Assembly (NCBI GenBank): GCA_002269645.1
Contig: NIVC01000134.1
Location: forward strand, 1 to 39,008
DNA: 39,008 nucleotides
From: Macrostomum lignano
Lineage: Eukaryota
Direction of reading: 5' to 3'
Shown here: positions 35,401 to 39,008 of the stretch, piece by piece
How positions within the stretch are numbered: the stretch's first letter is position 1
How the letters are laid out: the number at the start of each line of letters is the position of its first letter
The notes under the pieces: model-generated
Database searches by the model: none
Told to the model about the DNA's origin: nothing
Seen by the model: the letters and a program-made list of their open reading frames with translations, nothing else
Made by a program: the position numbers and the translations under genes

Positions 35401-36430
35401 AGGATCTGGGGGGTTAGTCTTAACCTGAGGATCTGGGGGGTTAGTCTTAACCTGAGGATCTGGGAGGTTAGTCTTAACCTGAGGATCTGGGAGGTCAGTC
35501 TTAACCTGAGGATCTTGGAGGTCAGTCTTAACCTGAGGATCTGGGAGGTTAGTCTTAACCTGAGGATCTTGGAGGTTAGTCTTAACCTGAGGATCTTGGA
35601 GGTCAGTCTTAACCTGAGAATCTGGGAGGGTAGTCTTAACCTGAGGATCTGGGAGGTTAGTCTTAACCTGAGGATCTGGGGGGTTAGTCTTAACCTGAGG
35701 ATCTGGGAGGTTAGTCTTAACCTGAGGATCTGGGAGGTTAGTCTTAACCTGAGGATCTGGGAGGTTAGTCTTAACCTGAGAATCTGGGGGGTTAGTCTTA
35801 ACCTGATGATATGAGAGGTTAGTCTTAACCTGAGGATCTGGGGGGTTAGTCTTAACCTGAGGATCTGGGGGGTTAGTCTTAACCTGAGGATCTGGGAGGT
35901 TAGTCTTAACCTGAGGATCTGGGAGGTTAGTCTTAACCTGAGGATCTTGGAGGTCAGTCTTAACCTGAGGATCTGGGAGGTTAGTCTTAACCTGAGGATC
36001 TTGGAGGTCAGTCTTAACCTGAGGATCTTGGAGGTCAGTCTTAACCTGAGGATCTTGGAGGTCAGTCTTAACCTGAGGATCTTGGAGGTCAGTCTTAACC
36101 TGAGGATCTGGGAGGTCAGTCTTAACCTGAGGATCTTGGAGGTCAGTCTTAACCTGAGGATCTGGGAGGTTAGTCTTAACCTGAGGATTTTGGAGGTCAG
36201 TCTTAACCTGAGGATCTGGGAGGTCAGTCTTAACCTGAGGATCTTGGAGGTCAGTCTTAACCTGAGAATCTGGGAGGTTAGTCTTAACCTGAGGATCTTG
36301 GAGGTCAGTCTTAACCTGAGGATCTTGGAGGTCAGTCTTAACCTGAGGATCTGGGAGGTTAGTCTTAACCTGAGGATCTGGGAGGTTAGTCTTAACCTGA
36401 GGATCTTGGAGGTCAGTCTTGACCTGAGAA
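32445..36430. repeat. ~4-kb intronic minisatellite, 27-bp unit (with a 25+27-bp dimer block at the left end)
   Basis: Unit AACCTGAGGATCTGGGAGGTTAGTCTT. A 52-bp dimer covers 32471-33015, followed by about 126 monomers. The 27-bp period explains the long repetitive ORFs. Confidence 0.98.
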
Positions 36431-36451
36431 TCGGGGAGGGTGGTTGCCTAC

Positions 36452-36586
36452 TTCTGAAGACCAAATACTGTACAAAGAAGTAACTGAAATCGCAGATAAA
36501 AGCGGACAATTTTGACCACAAAGCGAGCGACCGGCTGCATTAGAAATGTAATATCCAACGCACAATGTTCTCTTAACAATTGGCAT
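36452..36586 (-). CDS. Tentative first exon of the PH-domain gene
   Basis: ATG at 36586 opens MPIVKRTLCVGYY...SIWSSE up to the donor GAA|GTAGGC (phase 0, compatible with 32377). No family motif supports it. Confidence 0.3.
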
Positions 36587-37034
36587 TGACAAACCGAGAA
36601 AAATAGCAGTTTGAATTCTGTTGAAGACGGTCCAACTGTGTCAACTCGAACATTGCAAACAGGTTAAAGTTTAAACTGGCATCGAATAGCCTTAACTCCA
36701 GACCCAACAAAACTAGTGCTTAATATAGACGCGCCCACAAGACAGTGAGGAACTCCGCAATTAAGTTACAATAAGTTGTTTTTATTATAAAAAAACCTGC
36801 TCAAAAAGATAGGAAGAGAATGGGTGGGATAAGAGTTCAAGCACGCGCACACACGAGCGCAGAGAGTCACAGAGCGGGGGCGCTATTGGAACTAAATAAA
36901 AAATGCGACCTTTGGTAATTAAAGCCCAGTGTTCAATAGTAGTCAATCGGGTTTGCGCTTGGGTAAAAACACAATAGCAAAATAGTAAATATTTTCAGCT
37001 TGACAAAAACATTAATAGCCGCTGATAGTAGTAG

Positions 37035-37040
37035 TTTATT
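37035..37040 (-). promoter_or_regulatory. Candidate polyadenylation signal AATAAA of the NAP1 gene
   Basis: AATAAA on the minus strand about 290 nt after the NAP1 stop. The region is AT-rich, so a chance match is possible. Confidence 0.35.
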
Positions 37041-37325
37041 AATAACAAAATACAGAGTTGACTCGATTGAAAAATAGTGCTGCTTGATGCTACTATTAGT
37101 AGAAATAATGCTTTTTATGTTCACTTTAGCGTAGAAATCATTTAAATTCATTTCCCCATACTACTGCTAAGTAGAATATTACATAAATTAGTCTCAACTG
37201 TAGCCAAAAATACAATTAAGGCAGGAGTTATTATCGACTCTCCCCAAAGAGTTTGACAGCGAAACGATGACTGGGCTTCGTTCTTGTCATACCGGTATTG
37301 ATTTTAGCTCAGATGTTGCCTGGAC

Positions 37326-37358
37326 TCACTGCTGCTTGCACTCCTGCTTGGGCCCGTT
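37326..37358 (-). CDS. NAP1: NAP1, terminal coding exon (NGPKQECKQQ*)
   Basis: Acceptor TTTGTGCCGCAG|, phase 0. It ends in the conserved NAP1 C-terminal CKQQ motif. Confidence 0.88.
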   Translation of the reverse strand, partial: NGPKQECKQQ

Positions 37359-37640
37359 CTGCGGCACAAAAGATGATTGTAATAAGTATAATTATTGTAG
37401 TATGTATCAATATTAAATAAAAGTTAGATTCGAAACCTCTTAGCCATAAAATGAAAGAAACTGGCCTAAAAGCAGAAAGGGACAAAGAAGGGCATTGGTT
37501 TGTTTTGATTAGAGGCAGGAGGCTGTGTACACACTGGCGCACTTTAAGAGAGGCAGTACAGCCCATTGAGCAGCACACATCGTTAGGCATGTACACTTCA
37601 CTGTGCCTTGGGGGTTGATTCCAATTCAGCCCCAAATTAA

Positions 37641-37705
37641 TGCGGACTGCACTTGGAATCGAGCCTGGGCCGCTAGCGCATCAGAGCACTGGGCTACGGC
37701 CCCCC
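37641..37705 (-). mobile_element. tRNA-derived SINE-like head in a NAP1 intron
   Basis: GGGGCCGTAGCCCAGTG (A-box-like)...GGCTCGATTCC (B-box-like)...GTCCGCATTAATTT. It is too short and degenerate for a tRNA. Confidence 0.45.
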
Positions 37706-37738
37706 AGGAACCATTGTTAGAAACTATGGGAAACTCAC

Positions 37739-37795
37739 AGCCCCTCCGGCCCCGCGTCCTTCTCCGTCTTCGCCGTCGTCTTCGTCGTCTTCGTC
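37739..37795 (-). CDS. NAP1: NAP1, 57-nt acidic/Gly exon
   Basis: CTTTTATTCCAG|DEDDEDDGEDGEGRGAGGA|GTGAGT, phase 0-0. Confidence 0.85.
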
Positions 37796-37890
37796 CTGGA
37801 ATAAAAGTACAAAGTGGCCAGCATAATCACCAGGGCAAGGTTGCTAGACATGCAAACCACATCAGATTAACAGCGGAAATTTTGTCTTAC

Positions 37891-37911
37891 ATCTTCGTCA
37901 TCCTCATCGAA
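37891..37911 (-). CDS. NAP1: NAP1, 21-nt microexon (FDEDDED)
   Basis: TTTTACTGTTTCAG|TTCGATGAGGATGACGAAGAT|GTAAGA, with strong sites and phase 0-0. Confidence 0.82.
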
Positions 37912-38115
37912 CTGAAACAGTAAAAATTAGCAAAAAACAGTTGTTAACAAAATCAGCTTCAAAGCAAGCTTTACAACTGAAAACAATAAATTGTTAAATA
38001 ACATTGAAAAACAAAATTATTTAATTGTGAAACAGTACAGAGACTTGATATAAACGGATAAATGAAGGTAAAAAACATATATAATAATCCCTGGTCTGAC
38101 GTTATGTAGCCTGCG

Positions 38116-38525
38116 ATAACTATGACCAAAATAGAGACATAACTATGACCCAAATCATCAGAGATATACCTATGACCCAAGTCATAAGAGAGATATAAAT
38201 GTGACCCAAGTCATAAGAGAGATATAACTATGACCCAAATCATCATAGAAATATAACTATGACCCAAATCATCAGAGATATACCTATGACCCAATTCATA
38301 AGAGAGATATAACTATGAACTAAATCATCAGAGAAATTAACTATGACCCAAATCATTAGAGATACAATTATGACCCAAATCATCAGAGTCATCAGAGAAA
38401 TATAACTACGAAACAAATCATCATGGATATAACTATGACCCAAATCATCACAGATACAACTATGACCCAAGTCATCAGAGATAACTATGACCCGCAGGTC
38501 ATCAAAGATATAACTATAGCCCCAG
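38116..38525. repeat. Degenerate ~27-29-bp minisatellite in a NAP1 intron
   Basis: ATAACTATGACCCAAATCATCAGAGAT recurs with variants. Confidence 0.9.
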
Positions 38526-38619
38526 CAAAGCTGATCCATGGTAACTAATACAAAAGACAGGCAGCTCAGGAAATGGCAAAACTACGAGAGAGGCTCGCTT
38601 GACTCGAGGCTGCACTCAC

Positions 38620-38754
38620 ATCTTCTTCATCCTCGTCGTCATCTTCAAGCGCGTCGCCAGTGAAGTACAGCACAGCGCGTGGCACGAATCGGTCGCGAAG
38701 GAAATGCCCGATTTCGAAATCGGACTGCAGGATATTTTCAACGTCTTCGTCGTT
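38620..38754 (-). CDS. NAP1: Nucleosome assembly protein 1 (NAP1 family), C-terminal core exon; upstream exons lie mostly beyond the window
   Basis: Encodes NDEDVENILQSDFEIGHFLRDRFVPRAVLYFTGDALEDDDEDEED, the hallmark NAP1 motif DFEIGHF...P..VLYFTG. Splice sites are TCTTTAG| and |GTGAGT. This exon is absent from the ORF track. Confidence 0.93.
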
Positions 38755-39008
38755 CTAAAGATTCATATTTTAAAGTTGCAAACTTAAACAACCGATGTGG
38801 AGCCAATCAAATAACCAGCAGATACATTCGAATACAACGGCTTACATCCTCCAACTCATCCACAGATGAAAAATGATAAGGAAGCAGGTGTTTATGTTTT
38901 ATCAACTGAGCTGTTTGCTTTTTACGGGTAATACAGAAAATTGGCAACAAAGGAAAGCGATAGCGGACAGGCATACATAGACAGATAGATAGACAATAGA
39001 TGGACAGA

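Noticed and set aside
32991-36521. 1176-aa ORF and the overlapping + strand EVSLNLRIW ORFs as a giant repeat protein
   Set aside because: They are a by-product of a 27-bp (3n) unit with stop-free frames on both strands. The frame switches mid-array (ILRLRLTSQ to DPQVKTDLP), and the array lies between GT and AG sites of another gene.
38243-38539. 98-aa hydrophobic ORF (LMIWVI repeats)
   Set aside because: It is a translation of the degenerate NAP1 intronic minisatellite.

Overview
Eukaryotic (invertebrate animal-like) genomic DNA: GC-rich, spliced exons set in AT-rich, transposon-littered DNA, with private minisatellites in most larger introns. The style recalls the flatworm Macrostomum, but that is unverified inference. 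Four intact-looking spliced genes were assembled by hand from GT-AG sites with matching phases. (1) An uncharacterised coiled-coil gene (+, 12562-15294, 3 exons). (2) A PP2A B55 regulatory subunit gene (-, 21792-17805, 4 exons, about 480 aa). (3) A PH-domain gene (-, about 36586/32377-28489). (4) The 3' part of a NAP1 histone chaperone gene (-, 38754-37326), which has microexons and ends in CKQQ. Relics include a Mutator-like transposase, a Penelope-like element with an inverted arm and a minimal hammerhead ribozyme core, and two CORE-like tRNA SINEs, one split by an RNase H-bearing LINE. There is also a possible F-box/LRR pseudogene. A 4-kb 27-bp minisatellite explains the spurious 1176-aa ORF, and on the host gene's sense strand each unit reads like a branch point plus an AG|GT splice junction. 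No database searches or folding programs were run; family assignments rest on motif recognition by eye.
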